Positions 13,886 through 29,614 of a DNA stretch of 64,000 nucleotides are shown here, one piece after another (positions within the stretch are counted from its first letter, which is position 1; each line of letters begins with the position of its first letter). The position numbers were made by a program, and so were the translations under genes. This DNA is from Octopus sinensis. Lineage: Eukaryota. The stretch covers positions 3,968,001-4,032,000 of the forward strand of contig NC_043014.1 in NCBI RefSeq assembly GCF_006345805.1. Reading direction: 5' to 3'. The notes beneath the pieces are model-generated. The model worked only from the letters and a program-made list of their open reading frames with translations. It made no database searches and had not been told where the DNA came from.

Positions 13886-14289
13886 TCTGGTGACAGTTGT
13901 CGGCCGTAAGTGATACTTCGTGTGGCTTCAACAAAAGATCGAGATGCGAGGTTTAAGCTGAAGACCTGTAACTGAATTCCACGTATTTATTGAGCGCACA
14001 ACAACCCAGCTCTGGCATAGATCATATCGTAAATTTATGAACCAATGCGATTGGTGGAACTGTAAAAGTGGGCGTGAACTTGTCTGACAGGTTTAATTAT
14101 TGGAAAGAGATGGTTTGATATTGTCACACAATAATTAGCAAAATATTTTGATGAATGAGAGACACGTGTAAAGTGAAATGATTCCTGTTTCTGGATATAT
14201 TATGATATATTTATTTACTAATGTTGTTATTTAATTTTATTTGTTATTCTTGGGAAACTGTTTTATTATTCAGTGTGGGAAATATTTCG

Positions 14290-14830
14290 TTCAACCAACA
14301 AATACACAGAAACACACACACACACTGACAAACACACACACACTGACACACACACAAACACTGACACACACAAACACACATACACTCACACACACATACA
14401 AACCCTTACTCAAACACACACATACAAACATTGACACACACACACGTACACACTGACATACATACACACACACACACTGACACACACAAACACACTTATA
14501 TACACAGACACACACACACACACTGACACGCACTAACATACACATACACAAAACTGACACACATACACACTGACACACACACACACTGACACACACACTG
14601 AGACACACACACATTGACACACACGTACTGACACACACACACACACACTGACACACACTGACACACACACACACACTGACACATACACACACATACATGC
14701 TGACACACAGACTGACACACACACGCACACACAAAACTGACATACACACACACACACATACACACACACAACCACACACACAAACACACACATAGTGACA
14801 CACACACACACACATATACACACACATAGT

Positions 14831-14882
<52 letters not shown>

Positions 14883-14930
14883 CACACACACACAATCACA
14901 CACACTGACACACACACACACACACACAGA
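14290..14930. repeat. CA-rich / CACACTGA compound microsatellite upstream of exon 1 (shorter homologues 27370-27660, 42205-42520)
   Basis: Direct reading. Confidence 0.9.
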
Positions 14931-16586
14931 AGGAAAGATGCGGGCACGTACGAGCGACCGCATTTACTGTTGGGGCACAAGGTTGAAGTCAACTCCTCTA
15001 GCGAAGTATTTATCAAAGAGAAATACCGAAGGGAGGTAACTCACGACAGACTCCAGCCTGGCGCTCTAATGGCGTCACTTACTCGTTGTTGTTGACTATG
15101 TTTAAGTTAAAGCTATGGCTATAAGTTTGTCCAGATATTCCCTTCTTCGGTATTTTCTTTTGATAACGGCTGAACTGGAACCCGATAGGGAGCAGCACTG
15201 GACTGATATGCTGTTTTTGCAGCTTTTTGCACAGAATTTGCCTTTAGATTTTGAAATATGCCATTAGCACATTTTAACGAACCTAAAAATTGCTTGTGCC
15301 TAATACTGAGCGCTAATACTGTTCACTGGAAACGCCATGTTGAATGTTTCCATATATTCATTTGTCAATTTGCATTTCGTGCTTTCATATTACTTAATTA
15401 TTATTCTTTTTCTCTAGCCTTTTCACAATCGAGCATTCTTATGGCACGCAATTAATCGGACAAAAAACGTGCTGCCACCCACAGATCCCTCTTTCCACGG
15501 ATACCTTCGTTTATCTGGCAGCCATTCTACAAACTCCCACATACAAGGAGCAATCATGCTGGGTAGAGTGTGAAAGACTCAACATGTTGCACTGATTCCA
15601 CCTAATGTATATTTTATAAGTGCTGTTCCTTTCCTTACTAAGTCGTTTATGTGTGTTACAGTTATTGTATTCATGTATCTCGAAGCAAGTTCCTCTTCTG
15701 CGAGTTTGATAGTTTTATGTTACAGATGGAGATAATTTGTTGAACTCGATGTTTTGTGGTGTTGCTGTAGATTCGGTTGATGCTGTTCCTGAAGTCTACT
15801 CATATTTCTTGGTGGTTTCATATTTTATTTTGGCACATCAGTTTTCAGGGAACGATGAGAGGCTGCGTGTGTAATGTGATGCAAGGCTGTGTATGTGTGT
15901 GATTTTTGTAGAAGAGTGGGAATATGTGAATGTAGGTTGAAAATAGTTAATCGTGGGACGTGTACTTGTACCCATTTCGAAAGCGTTTCGTGAAAATTTC
16001 AATGTGTTAGTAACCTGACAACTCGTTAGGTAGTCAACATTTTGTGGTATTTCTTCAGTGGATATCAAATATCCTTTATTAGGTAATATCCGCGATTGGA
16101 TTGCAGAGATTTCATCGCATCGATTGTAGTTACAATGATACGTATGGGAGTAATTTAGTGATGTTAGTTATAAGCTTTTTTCGTGTTTTCTGAAGATTGA
16201 TCATGAAAGGGTGATATATTTGTACGGAGGTGTTTCATTTGGGGATTGTTTTCATTTTAAGACGGAATACAACACACATTTAATCGAATCATCATTTTAT
16301 TTCAACTTTGAAATGTGATAAACTGAACCTCATACAATGTATTCTAGAATCATTCCCTGAGGATTACATCGTACTGTTAAGCTATTTGTCACATTCTATG
16401 ACGTCTCTGTTGTTTCGTTTTGAATATTTTCTGAAAACTTGTAGCAGCAATTTATTTAACGATATATATTAGTCGTATAAAATTTTGCGAAACACAATTA
16501 CAAGAAACGTATATGTTGCTTTATTATATTATATTTTATGATTCGCCGACATAAATTTTCATATAGAAACGAATGTAAATTTCTAT

Positions 16587-17292
16587 TCAATATTTACTGC
16601 ACACAACGCAGGTTAATTCTCGACCATTGACATACGGTGGACATGGCAATGAACCACAAGCAGCCTGAACGAAATATAATAGAGCTCCGTCTTCGTTACT
16701 GTAACCCGCTGGATCAGCTTCTGGTGCGTAGTCCACACACACATATTCAAGTCTGCCCTTATGATCATGACGCGCGGTCATCAAATATCCTGAAAATTCA
16801 ATCGTCCAACCAGGGTAACAGCGTGTCCTAGCTGGTAACATCATTACAACAGCAGGTTGTCGTGTCAAACAGACAGCGCACGGAACGTTGTGTTCATAAA
16901 TTGATTCAGCGTTAGCAAAAGAAAAGAGTTTATTAGTTGGGTATAATTCGAATTGATATTCACTGCCATAAATGTAACCACATTTTTCTACTTCTGTCGT
17001 ATAATTGGCCCAAATGGGATCGTTAGGTAAACACAAGAGATTACTACCGCCACCTGTGTGGTCAAAGAATTGTCCACCAACCACACCTAGAATTGGTAAG
17101 AATAAATCAAATAAAAAAGATGTTAAGCAAAATTATATATGAAATAACGGAAACATTCATTACAATTTGACCCTTAAAAGAAGTCATGTTTAGCCACGTG
17201 TGAACGAATTGTGGTGTATATGTTAGTGTTTATATGAGTTTAAGCTGTGTGTTGGTGTATGCTTGAGATCATAGCTGTGCATTTGCATTCTC

Positions 17293-17344
<52 letters not shown>

Positions 17345-20300
17345 AGTAAGCAACAAGGATATCCAGAGATAATGCAGTACGATTGTTTCATGCAACTCCA
17401 TTTAATTGAACAATACAATCATTACATCAATTTAAAATATAGAGGAATCTTCAGCTGCACAAATACATAGGATTTAATTCAATTAAAACAGATTGACAAA
17501 TTAGTATAATTATACCCAAAATCTCCAAGAAGTTAAGGAGATACACAAAGAACATGTTGTCTCTACTTCAGCATAGTAGTTAATAAAATTATCAAAAAAT
17601 TTATGAATACTTATGAATAGAAAAAATATTCAACAATTTCTATCCTTTTGTTATAATATTCTTCTAAATAATTCTTTGGAAAACCCTAAACTTCAACTGT
17701 ATTCATAGCAACATTGTTTAAAATATTTAACTATAATATATGATAAGACCTTCCGTTTCATTGTCAATTGTCTGCCAGTGTGCGACCCCCTTAATTATCA
17801 GCTAACACCTTGTTTTAAGTTTTCCCTTACTAAATCTCATAGTATTGCTTACAATAATTCTTGAATTTTTATGACTATACCAACTAGAATGTCTATCTAC
17901 TGCCTGAGCCCTCCCCCTAACAGATACTGCCCTATGTTCTCTCAGGCTTAGATATACAAAGGATTTGTAAATTAGTCTATAAATTAAAACTGACCCCATA
18001 AAGACAAAAAATCAGTGGTAAGTTGAGTCTTCTTTATAATTTTAGTAACTGCTATGCTGAAGTAGAGACAACATGTTCTATGTAATATTTTGGAGATTTT
18101 AAGTATAATTATACAAATGTGTCCATCTGTTGGAATTCAATTAAATCCAACGTATTTTGCAGCTGAAAATTGCTCTAAATTTTAAACTGATGTAATGATT
18201 GCATTGTTCAATTAAATGGAGTTGCATGAAACGAACGTACTGCATTATCTCTGGATATCATCGTTGCTTATTTTAATTTTAATCACCTTAATTTGAAATT
18301 GTATGGATAATGTCGTACTAAATTCTGGAGGATCAACTTAAGTGCCATATTCATCTGAATCAATATATATATATTTTATATATATATATATATATAATAT
18401 ATATGTAAGTATATGTATATATATATATGTTGTGTGTATACGGGCAAGTATTTGGGGATATGACGTGGATTATTATGTAAGTTTGCATGGGGAAGTGTAT
18501 TTGCGTGGATGTTAATAGAAGGAGAAAAAGAAAGGAATTCGGTAACGCATGTACTCGTGTTTACCCGAAATGGAAAAGGTGTTCACGAGTGAACGGGGAT
18601 ATTTTTGGTGATGGAGTCGGCGACCGATAAAATATACGTATAGGATTTATAAAGAGCAGATTCAGAGCATTTTAAAGGAATGTGAGGTTGATTGGGGACG
18701 CAGCTTGTAGCAGCAGTTTTGAATTGGAAGTTTCGGAATTACCTTACAAAAATATCCTGGATAATTAATGAGGTGATGTGGTGCATGAAAAGAGCAAGGT
18801 TTTAGCGATAGGACGATTTCGGTGACGCGGAGAAGAATAGAAGTGCATTCTGTACTCTGTTGTGTTCTCTCACTAATATTTAGTCTCTCTCTATTTTACT
18901 TAATGAATAAAGTCCTTAGCTTTTTCCATCAGTTACATGTGGCTTGTCCAGTCCTCATTCTACATTGTGCGTTCATTTCATTAATCGTTTACAGTCACTG
19001 TCATCAATTATAATAGACTCTATTCAATTTAGCCCACACCTACGATCATTGGGCACTCTAGTTAATGATAGTCAAGTGGCCACTTTTCAGCTCTGGTCAC
19101 TCACGTACAATACCACCATCCGTAGCCTGGACAATTGATCACCAGTTAGCAGCCTCGGTATTTGATATATACAATCAAAAGCTGGTCAGCCAGAAATTCT
19201 TGATCGCCATGGTGGTTTTCAGTCCCGCCCCTATCTGTAATTTAACGTAGAGATATCTATATTCTGCGGTTAGACAACATCATTTTCATTTGGTCCGTAG
19301 TAGATAACATATAATATTCTGATTTGACCAAATACCTACAAAGGAGTAAGCAGTCTTGTGTAGTTTTTGTATAGTTTACAGGTATAGACGTTTGAAACGT
19401 GACATATCGTAAGAGGATTTGAAAACGTTTATGTCAGACACCCCGACAAAGGTGAGTGTGTGTGCATGTGCGTGAGAGAGAGGGTGAGAGAGAAAGGGAG
19501 GCAACAAAAAGAGAGAATGAGAGGTATAAAAAGAGAACAAGAGAAAGACAAAAAGAGAATGAGAGGTCAGAAATATAAAGTATACTAACCGTCATATACA
19601 AGGTTTGAATAAGGAGGACAAGTTGTTCTACCCCACCGGGTATACAATGATCCGAGACCGGGTTCTGTGAAATTAAAATGAAATAATGTAGTTTAAAAGA
19701 AAGAATTGGGGGATCATTTACAAAGTAGGTTTTTGGATGGGAAGGAATTGATGGAGAAGAGAGAAATATAGAATTTAAGAAAGAACGAGTGAATGAATGA
19801 AAGTCAGAACGAAAGATGTAAATAATAAGAATAAATTGTAAAGAAAGAAAGAAGACATTTGTCTGTTGAGCTTGTTGGTGACGTTGATGTCAAAGATTTG
19901 AGAGATTAATCTCAGAATATCAGAATGTGTATCGGTCTCCGCTATGAACGGATGTATGTATGATACGTAAACTTGGGTATGAGTATATATACTTCTCAAT
20001 AGAATAATGATAAAACTCAATAGAATAATGATAGAATATTCGCCATGTGCGAGTATTCATCGGTCAATTACAAATATCAGTTGGAACTCGGCGCAAATAA
20101 GGCCATCATAACTACAATATGAAAATAACAACTATCCCGCATCATTTGTCGATTTAGTTAAAAGATATCGCATCCGGATCTCGAGTAGAGGGGTCCGTTC
20201 GATAAATGTATAGCACAACCCACCCAATACCGGTGCAACCAGTAAGAAGCCAGCAACTTAATCTGGGGTGCGTGAGGTGGGAGCACGAAATTGACGGTCT

Positions 20301-23300
20301 CAGGAAATCAAAGCAGATGAAGAAGGGAACAACCTTTAATAATTGAGAATTAAAACATCAAAATTGTTAGATATAATCTGCCTGTAAGATATAATCGGTG
20401 TCTCCTCTACAAAATTTCGTTTCTCCGATAGCGTACACCTGGATATAGGCTTGAAACTCCACTACGCAACTGTGGTGCCAACAATGTCTGCACAGGTGAG
20501 ATTAGGATACTCTCAATACCCAGCTTTCGGATTGTATTATGGAGTGAAACCGACTAGGTGTGAGGGTTCACCTCTTGAAGCTAAGGCTGAATATGAAGGA
20601 CCACTGTGGCTGCTGTAAGTATATGCAGCAAACAGCGGGGTCAAATACATATCCTTCCTAAGCAAATTCACCTCAGCTTTAGATATATTTGGGGTAAAGT
20701 CATTTGTCCTGCCAGGAGACTTCAGTGCACACCTTGGCACTGATAACCGTGAGAAGGGTTGATTGGAAGGAATGTCGTCAGTGAACTTAATGGACAGGTC
20801 ATAGTAGACTTCTGTGCAGGATACACACTCTCATCTCTTTGGTATGGATATTATTTTAAGACAGGGATATTTATAAGGGTACCTGGTATAGAAATTCTGA
20901 GAGATTTCAGTCATCTTTCACTCTTTGATGAACGTTCGGGTTTTGACTACCTAAATGTCTGAAAACCTGAAAATTCCTACAGTCTGCCGAACACTGGAAA
21001 TTGGTAAGCCGTGGATGCTGCGATCAGAAACAAAAATGTGTAGACTTTTGCATCCAAATTGAGAGTGTCCCTCCTAAATTAAGTTGGATATCGAAATACA
21101 TTCGTGATTGTATTATTTTTTTCGGTAGGTTCTTCTTCGTTTGAACGCTTATTTGAGCTAAACTCACTTAAATGTGATAAAACTGCTTGTGAAAAGCATG
21201 TTCGGTTTGATATTTTAGAAGCCATAAATACAGATGGTATTCTCTGAGTGTCCCATGTACGCTAGGTCGATGAGGCCTCTGGAAAAACACCAAGGCAATG
21301 GTAATATGGGGTGACAATCACAATTTTTTCAAACAAAGACCAAAGAGTGTGTTCTAATTATAGAAAAGTCTAAACTAGATTTCAGGAAAAGATATGTAGG
21401 GAAGTTATCGCGCCAAAGGTTACTGTCCGGGACACAGTACACCCGACCAGAGAGTCATTCAAAGACAGATCTTCCAGCAAACGTTGAAGCATTTCCAAGA
21501 GGAATACGCTGTAAACCACGAAAAGGCACATGATCACGTGCCCTGAGGGATGTTGTGGATGGTTTACCAGGAAGGTGAGTTTACTGCGCAAATACTGGTT
21601 GCCATAAAATATTTATATGGATGTTAAAATGATTGTATTTATGTAAAAGTGGAAAGTTTTCAACGAGAAGTTTTCACTTAGTTGAAGTGTGCATTGTTAA
21701 TGCCCCTTCTCACATTCTATTTTGTGATCTGGTTGAATATGCTCAGCCATTGTGGTAGAGGTATCCCAATTCATCTCTACGTGATCGGTCGACTGTTATT
21801 TGTAGACGACAAGCTGCTACCTAATTTGTCTGATTGTCACCAACAACGTGCACTGAATGGGTTGGCTGCCGAGTACACCAAGGCAGGATTGACAAATATG
21901 CACTGTGTAGGAAAGTGGAACATCATTATTTCGGGTCTCTATTCGCGAATGATTGGAAGCACAAGAGTTGACAGAATGCTGAATTGTAGATATAAACGCA
22001 GTGATGCGCCAGCTCGGGCATTTGATTCTCAGATGAAGAAGGCATTCATGCTTTTCGTATGCAAGCCGGTGGGCTCGCTCTGAGCACTCTAATGTTTTCA
22101 CAGTGAATGTACCGGCCGACTAGGACACTCGGCAAAGAGCTCCCTCAGAGGAAACGTGCGGGCCGAAACAATTCTCGACGTTGCACTGCATATTTTATTT
22201 ATTTGTTTTTTATTTATTAAATTTGGCTCAAAAGCAAATAGCAAGGCCATGTAGGGGGACATGGAGTTAAGTACAGGGTGGTGTTCATGTGAAGAGTTCA
22301 GGCCACTTGAGGTCCAGGGAGGCTTTGAACAAAGCGGTCGTCGGCATCTTCACCATCTCTTCTGGCAGCTTGTTCCACGGATCGGCAACCCGGACGGAGA
22401 ACGCTCCTCTCCTTCGACTGAGACGAAATCGTCGCAGGTAGAGCTTTTCGGAATGACCCCGCAGCCGACGCTCATATATATACTCATATACACACAATAA
22501 ATGGCATAGTATATTAGAATAACATTATATTTAGGGAATTCTTGTAAAGTAGAACATATTTTGAAATAAATTCAGGCAAGTGTCTGAGTTTATATTATTG
22601 TGGATATATGGATAGTAATGTGGAACTAATTCAAAGTTGGTAAAATTTTAAATCATTAGTTAAGGAGACACGGGTAAAAGACTTTAGCCATAAAATCAGT
22701 TCTTACTTGGCGTATCATCAGGTTTATCGTCGAGAGATTTCTTGGAGATGAAACGGTTCTGTGAAAAAATAGAAATAGCATCATATAAATAGAACTTCAG
22801 TGTATTTATTATCGGACAGGTATCATTGCAGACACTACCATCTCAACCCCTTAGGAATATTCTAGAAGGCGCTTCAATCGAGTCGAACGATTTTCTGAAC
22901 AATATCAGACAATAAAAATCTGAATTTCAAATGACATCGTTTGGTGAATCTAAGAAGATAGATAAACATGAATTTACGCCGACGTGAAAGTTCAAGGGCA
23001 AGTCTATCCCCTCATTGGTTCCCTGGTACCCGCGAATGAACAACCACCGTTCCTCCAAACTTACTCTATAAGTGATGTAGGACAACAAACCCGACGTGAG
23101 GTGTCAAAATTTCCGATGATGGGTCGTGTTAGACACAGCGCACACTGCTGCAAAGAAGAGTATATCCACTGACAGCTTTTCGGTGCGTTCAAAAATCACT
23201 CAAACTCCACCTCCAATTTTGCATGACAGGTTAGGGCCTGAAACACTCCAAACGGACGCTTAGCATGTTGCTTAGTCGAATTAGCCCAGCATTTACTCTA

Positions 23301-23465
23301 CAAATGTTTTTTTGTCAATGTTGCACTTTCCCATATCACCTGTTTCAAAATGACTGGAATATATTATATACCATCTTTGCCATTTTAAACCCCTGCAATG
23401 CCGGGTATGACTGCTAGTACACACACACACACACACACACAAATATATATACACACACATATTTC

Positions 23466-23508
<43 letters not shown>

Positions 23509-25820
23509 ACACACATGTATATATATAGTTAAATTTAATCCAAACAAGAAAGCCCCCAAAAAACAACAACGCGAGGACGTGGAACAAAGATAGTATTACT
23601 GGACGCTCAGTAGAGAAGGAAAGAAGGAGGGTTTAACGTTTCAGGTGGAGCTCTTCGTCGGAAACTTACGAGAAGGAAAGATCCAGAGGAGGGAAGGCGG
23701 AAGACAAAAAATCGCCAATGGTACACACGCGGGCGCATTTTGAATAACCGGAAGGAAATGGGAGAAGTAAAGATCTTTCAAAGACAGGAGAGAGGTAGAG
23801 GAGGAGGGATGTGTGTGTGTAAGTGTGGATAAGAGCGTGCGCGGAGGTCTGCGTGTGCGCGTGTGTATGTGAGTATGTGTGTATGTGTGCAATGATGACA
23901 AATGTGTGTGTGTGTGCATGTGCGTGTGTAAGTGTGTGTGGTTGTGGCTGTTAATCTTTGCGTGTTGTAGGGTTAGTAGTGTTAAGGTCAAGGAAGAAGG
24001 ATTTGGGCGTGGCTCCCTTTGTCTCTACCACAGGTGAAGTAGTAGGTACTGCTAGTTTGAAGTATGTGTGTGTGTGTGCGTGTATGTATATGTATCGTGT
24101 GTGTGTTTTGTTTGTAGTGTGTGTGTGTTCATGTGTGTGTATGTGTGTGTATGCGTAGAGTTTGGGTTTGTAGCGAATAACTGTGCGTATGTGTGTGTAC
24201 ATGTATTTATAATTGTGCGCGTGTATGTATTATTGTGTACCGTGTGTATGGGATGTATGTGTGGGTTCTTTCGTGTGTGTGTGTATGTATGTGCGTGCGT
24301 CTCGTATGTGCGTGAGTGCATGTACGTGTACGTTTGTATGTGTGTGTGTAAGCGTATTTGGGTGTATATGCGTGTATCCGTGGGGTTGTGAGTTTTCTGG
24401 GTGTGCATTAATGTGCGTGTGTACGTGCGTATGTGTGCGCATGTTTTTACGTGCGTGTGTGTGTGTGTCTCTGTCTATATGTGTATACGGATGTGTATGT
24501 GTGTGCGTGTAGGCATATATTGTGTGTATGTATATGTATCGGTGTGTATCTGAATTTGTGCATGCGTGTGTGTTTTGGGTTTTTCTGGAGTTGTGTGGGA
24601 GTAACGTGCGTGCGTGTGTGCGCTTAAGTACGTGTATGTGCGTGTGTGTCTGTGCCCATGTGTGTATAAGTGTGTGCGTATCTGTATGAGTATTGTTCGT
24701 TAAAGGTATATGTGGACATCTGTGTTGGTGTGTGTATGTATGTGTGTATGTGTGTGTGTGTGTATTGTGTGCGTATGATGCATATATCTCCGTGATCACC
24801 GTCACAGACCAGTTGTTGCTACATATCGCTGGTCACAATGCGCTTCGCGTTGTTTTAGCCTTCAAATGACGCCACCCCGCTGGTTAAGCGAGCAGGCCAA
24901 CAGAAGAAAGGGAGAAAGTTGTAGCGAAAGAGTACAGCAGAGATCAACACAACCCACTCCCTGAGCCTCGTGGAGCATTAAACACTAACAACGCCCAATC
25001 TGGGAATCGGAACCGAGATCCTACAACCATGAGTCCGCTGCCCGAACCACTGGGCCACTGCGCCTCCACCCACAGACACACACACATCACACATATATAA
25101 ATACATATCGATATATACGTATGCACGTACACTGAAGCATACACACCATAAATATCACAAATATACGTATCTACTTATACGCATACACACACACACAAAC
25201 GCACACATATATGTGAGTGGACATACACTGTATAGTGTGATTGTTCGTGTACAATTGAGCACGTGTGTCTGTGTGCGTGCGTATGTGTGTGTGTTTGTGT
25301 TTATTTGTGCGTGTGTTTGTCCGTGTGTCTGTGTGTATGTATTTACATTCGTTCTTACATATTGTCATATATAAAAACCAACGTGAATTACAGTCAAACG
25401 TTACGAAATTCACCGATCTACATTGGCACTCGCACGTTTTATTTTCAGTTGGAAAGAAAAGATTAAAAAAAACTCGCCTCACTTCCGTTCCTGATGGAGA
25501 GAAATAGATAAATGTGTGTAAATATGTACGTATTCCTATGTGTGTGTGTGTGTGTGTTTGTATGTGTTCGTTTCTGTGCGTGTGTGTAAGTGTACATCTA
25601 GATATAATACTTAACACTAATATTAATAGGGCTAAACGTTGCAGCGACAGGGCATGGCCATGCTGGAACCCCACCATTAGATTTTTTTCATTACGCACTT
25701 ATTTCCCTCTCCAGGATTATGTCTGGTGAAAGAGCGATCGGACAGGAGTACAATTCCACTCTTCTTTGTGTTTCCTTGGGATGTGTGTATATGTATATAT
25801 ACATATATACATATATATAC

Positions 25821-25889
<69 letters not shown>

Positions 25890-26311
25890 TATATATATAT
25901 ATATATGTACATATATATATATATATAGATAGATAGATACATACATATGTAGATAAATAGATTGATAGGTAGATATGTATGTACATACATACGTAACTAT
26001 ATATGTGTGTATGTATATATGATATGTATATATGTATATATATATAGATGTATGTGTGTGTGTATAGCACACATAGTGTGTATGTATCTATTTTTTATGT
26101 ATGTGTCTGATATTGTCGCACCACTTCCGATTCTTAACTGATGTCGGTGTGTTTACGTCCCCGTTACATAGCGGTTCGGCTAGAGATACCGATAGAATGA
26201 GCGATAGGCTTACAAAGAATAATTCCTGAAGTCGATTTGTCCTACTAAACGCAGTGCTCTAGCATGGCCGCAGTCAAATGACTGAAACGGTTAAAAGAAT
26301 ATATTTATATA

Positions 26312-26364
<53 letters not shown>

Positions 26365-26953
26365 GCATATATACATATATATAGATAAATAGAGAGAGAG
26401 AGAGAGAGATAGACTGAGAGATACAGTGATAGATACACACACGCATATATTTGTTTGTATATATATATCTATATATGTTCACGCACTAATATATTCATAT
26501 ATATGTATATTTATATATACATATATATGTATATTATATATACAAATATATGTATATGTATATATATATGTATGTTTAGTTGTGTGCGCCTGTGCGTTCG
26601 TGTGTGATTACGTGTGTGATCTTATGTGTGTGTGTGTGCTCCATATGGACATATGTACGTGATTCATGCATACATCCTTACATCCATCCATCCATCCGTA
26701 CGTACATACATCCACATATTAATACATACATACGTAAATGCATACATACATACATGCATATATATATACATAAAGACATACATATATTAACACAAAATCC
26801 ATGACTTACCGTTTTCGATTTCTCTTCCATTTTTCCTATTCTTGAATCTTGATGAAGAATCACGATCGTCAGAACGAGAAGAACCCCAAAAGCTATGAGA
26901 GAAGAAATGGAATAACGCTGCGAAATATTCCTGGACAGTTGTGCGAAATCCAT
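16587..26953 (-). CDS. Array gene 2, 256 aa; exons 26810-26953, 22707-22758, 19590-19664, 16587-17086
   Basis: Same four exons, intact splice sites and phases, no stops. Terminal exon matches ORF 16587..17084. Confidence 0.88.
20060..22190 (+). mobile_element. Ancient RTE-clade LINE, unit 2 copy
   Basis: Collinear with 4520-6710; includes [10 protein letters not shown] (YADD-like). Confidence 0.76.
22194..22472 (-). mobile_element. CR1-clade LINE 3' fragment, unit 2 only
   Basis: [13 protein letters not shown]...[17 protein letters not shown]...FKASLD*, A-rich tail, and a CATAT duplication at 22189-22193 and 22473-22477. Confidence 0.85.
22830..23110 (+). mobile_element. Helitron Rep-region fragment (unit 2)
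   Basis: Collinear copy; ORF 22984..23172 [19 protein letters not shown]. Confidence 0.72.
23810..24790. repeat. Degenerate TG-rich tract in intron 1 (homologues 10370-10800, 38500-39375)
   Basis: Direct reading. Confidence 0.8.
24790..25068 (-). mobile_element. tRNA-derived SINE, unit 2
   Basis: Homologous to 10806-11038. Confidence 0.75.
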
Positions 26954-27839
26954 TCTGGTGACAGTTGTCGGTCGTACGTGATACTTCGTGTGGCTTCAAC
27001 AAAAGATCGAGATGCGAGGTTTAAGCTGAAGACCTGTAACTGAATTCCACGTATTTATTGAGCGCACAACAACCCAGCTCTGGCAGAGATCTTATCGTAA
27101 ATTTATGAACCAATGCGATTGGTGGAACTGTAAAAGCGGGTGTGAAATTGTCTGACAGGTTTAATTATTGGAAAGAGATGGTTTGATATTGTCACACAAT
27201 AATTAGCAAAATATTTTGATGAATGAGAGACACGTGTAAAGTGAAATGATTCCTGTTTCTGGATATATTATGATATATTTATTTACTAATGTTGTTAATT
27301 AATTTTATTTGTTATCATTGGGAAACTGTTTTAATATTCAGTGTGGGAAGTATTTCGTTCAACCGACAAATACACAGACACACACACACACACTGAAACA
27401 CACACACACACACCAACAAACACTGACACACACACACAAACTAACAAACACACAGACACACACTGACACATAGACGCACACACTGACAAACACACATACA
27501 TTGGCATACACACACACACACACACTCACGCACACACATACACAAAAGAACACACACACACTAACACACACACACACACACTGACAGCCCCCTCTCATCA
27601 ACACACACACTGACAAACACACACACACTCACACACACACATACATACACTCACACACTGTTTTAATATCCAGAGTGGGAAGTATTTCGTTCAACCCACA
27701 CAGTAATCGCAAGACTTAATCTAATGAAGTCCGCTGTTCGGATTGGATTCTTCACAACAAGCGTTAATCGGATTAGAAAAGTTTTATGGGAATATCAAAA
27801 TCAAAACCTACCAATTCCCACCCACCCATACATATATAT

Positions 27840-29500
27840 ATACATGCATACATACGTACAGGTATACTTACAAACATACATACATACATACATGCTCACA
27901 TACATACATACATACACACATACATACACACATACATACACAGATACTTACATATATACCTACATAAATACATACCCCAATACATACATACATGCATACA
28001 TACACACTCACGTACGTACATACTTATATACATACATACATACCCCCATACATTCATATATACATACATACACTCATACATACACACATATATACACACA
28101 TACTTACATACACACATACATACATATATACCCCCATAAATACACACACACACATATATACATACATACATACACACATACATACATACAAACATACATA
28201 CATACATACACACACACACATACATACATACATACATACATACATACATACATACATACATGCACACATACATACAACCATACACACATACATACACAGA
28301 TACTTACATGTTTACATACATACATACATACCCCAATACATACATACATGCATACATACACACTCACGTACGTACATACGTATATACATACATACATACA
28401 TACCCCCATACATTCATATATACATACACTGATACATACACACATATATACACACATACTTACATACACACATACATATATATATACCCCCATAAATACA
28501 TACACACACACACATATATACATACATACATACATACCCCAATACATACATACATGCATACATACACACTCACGTACGTACATACGTATATACATACATA
28601 CATACCCCCATACATTCATATATACATACACTCATACATACACACATATATACACACATACTTACATACACACATACATACATATATACCCCCATAAATA
28701 CATACACACACACATATATACACACATACATACATACAAGCATACATAAATACAAACATACATACATACATACAAACATACATACATACATACATACAAA
28801 CTACATACATAGAAACATACATACATGCATACATACACACATACTTACATATATATATACATACATTCCCCCATACATACATACATGCAGTCATATACAC
28901 TCACATACATACATACATATATACATACATACATACATACACCCATACATACATACATACATACATACATACCCCCATACATATATACATACATACACAC
29001 ACATATATACATACATACACACATACATACACACATACATACAAACATACATACATACATACACACATACATACACACATACTTACATATATACATACAT
29101 ACATACCCCCATACATACATATATACATACATAGACTCTTACATACACACATACTTACATAAACACATACATACACACATGCTTACATATATACATACAT
29201 ACATACATACCCCCATACATACATATACACATACATACATACACACATATGTACATACATACACACATACATACATACAAACATACACACATACACACAC
29301 ACATACATACATACATACTTTCATACATACATACATACATGCATGCATATATGTATACTTATATGTATGTATGCACACATGTATGCACGCATGTAGATAT
29401 GAATGTAAGCATCTATATATCGATAGACATATATACACATACATACATACATATATACATACATACTCACATCCATATATACATACATACATACATTCAT
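27840..29500. repeat. (CATA)n-derived minisatellite with higher-order units
   Basis: Marker ccccaatac...ctcacgtacgtacatac recurs near 27972, 28331 and 28537. Confidence 0.88.
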
Positions 29501-29614
29501 ACTTGGTGGCTGCCCCCTCATTATCGAGCATGACCATTGCTCGGTGCTTAATCAATGTTGTTATTGTGCAATGCCTGTGCATGAAGATTTTTTTAAAGCG
29601 AGGAAAGGATGTGC

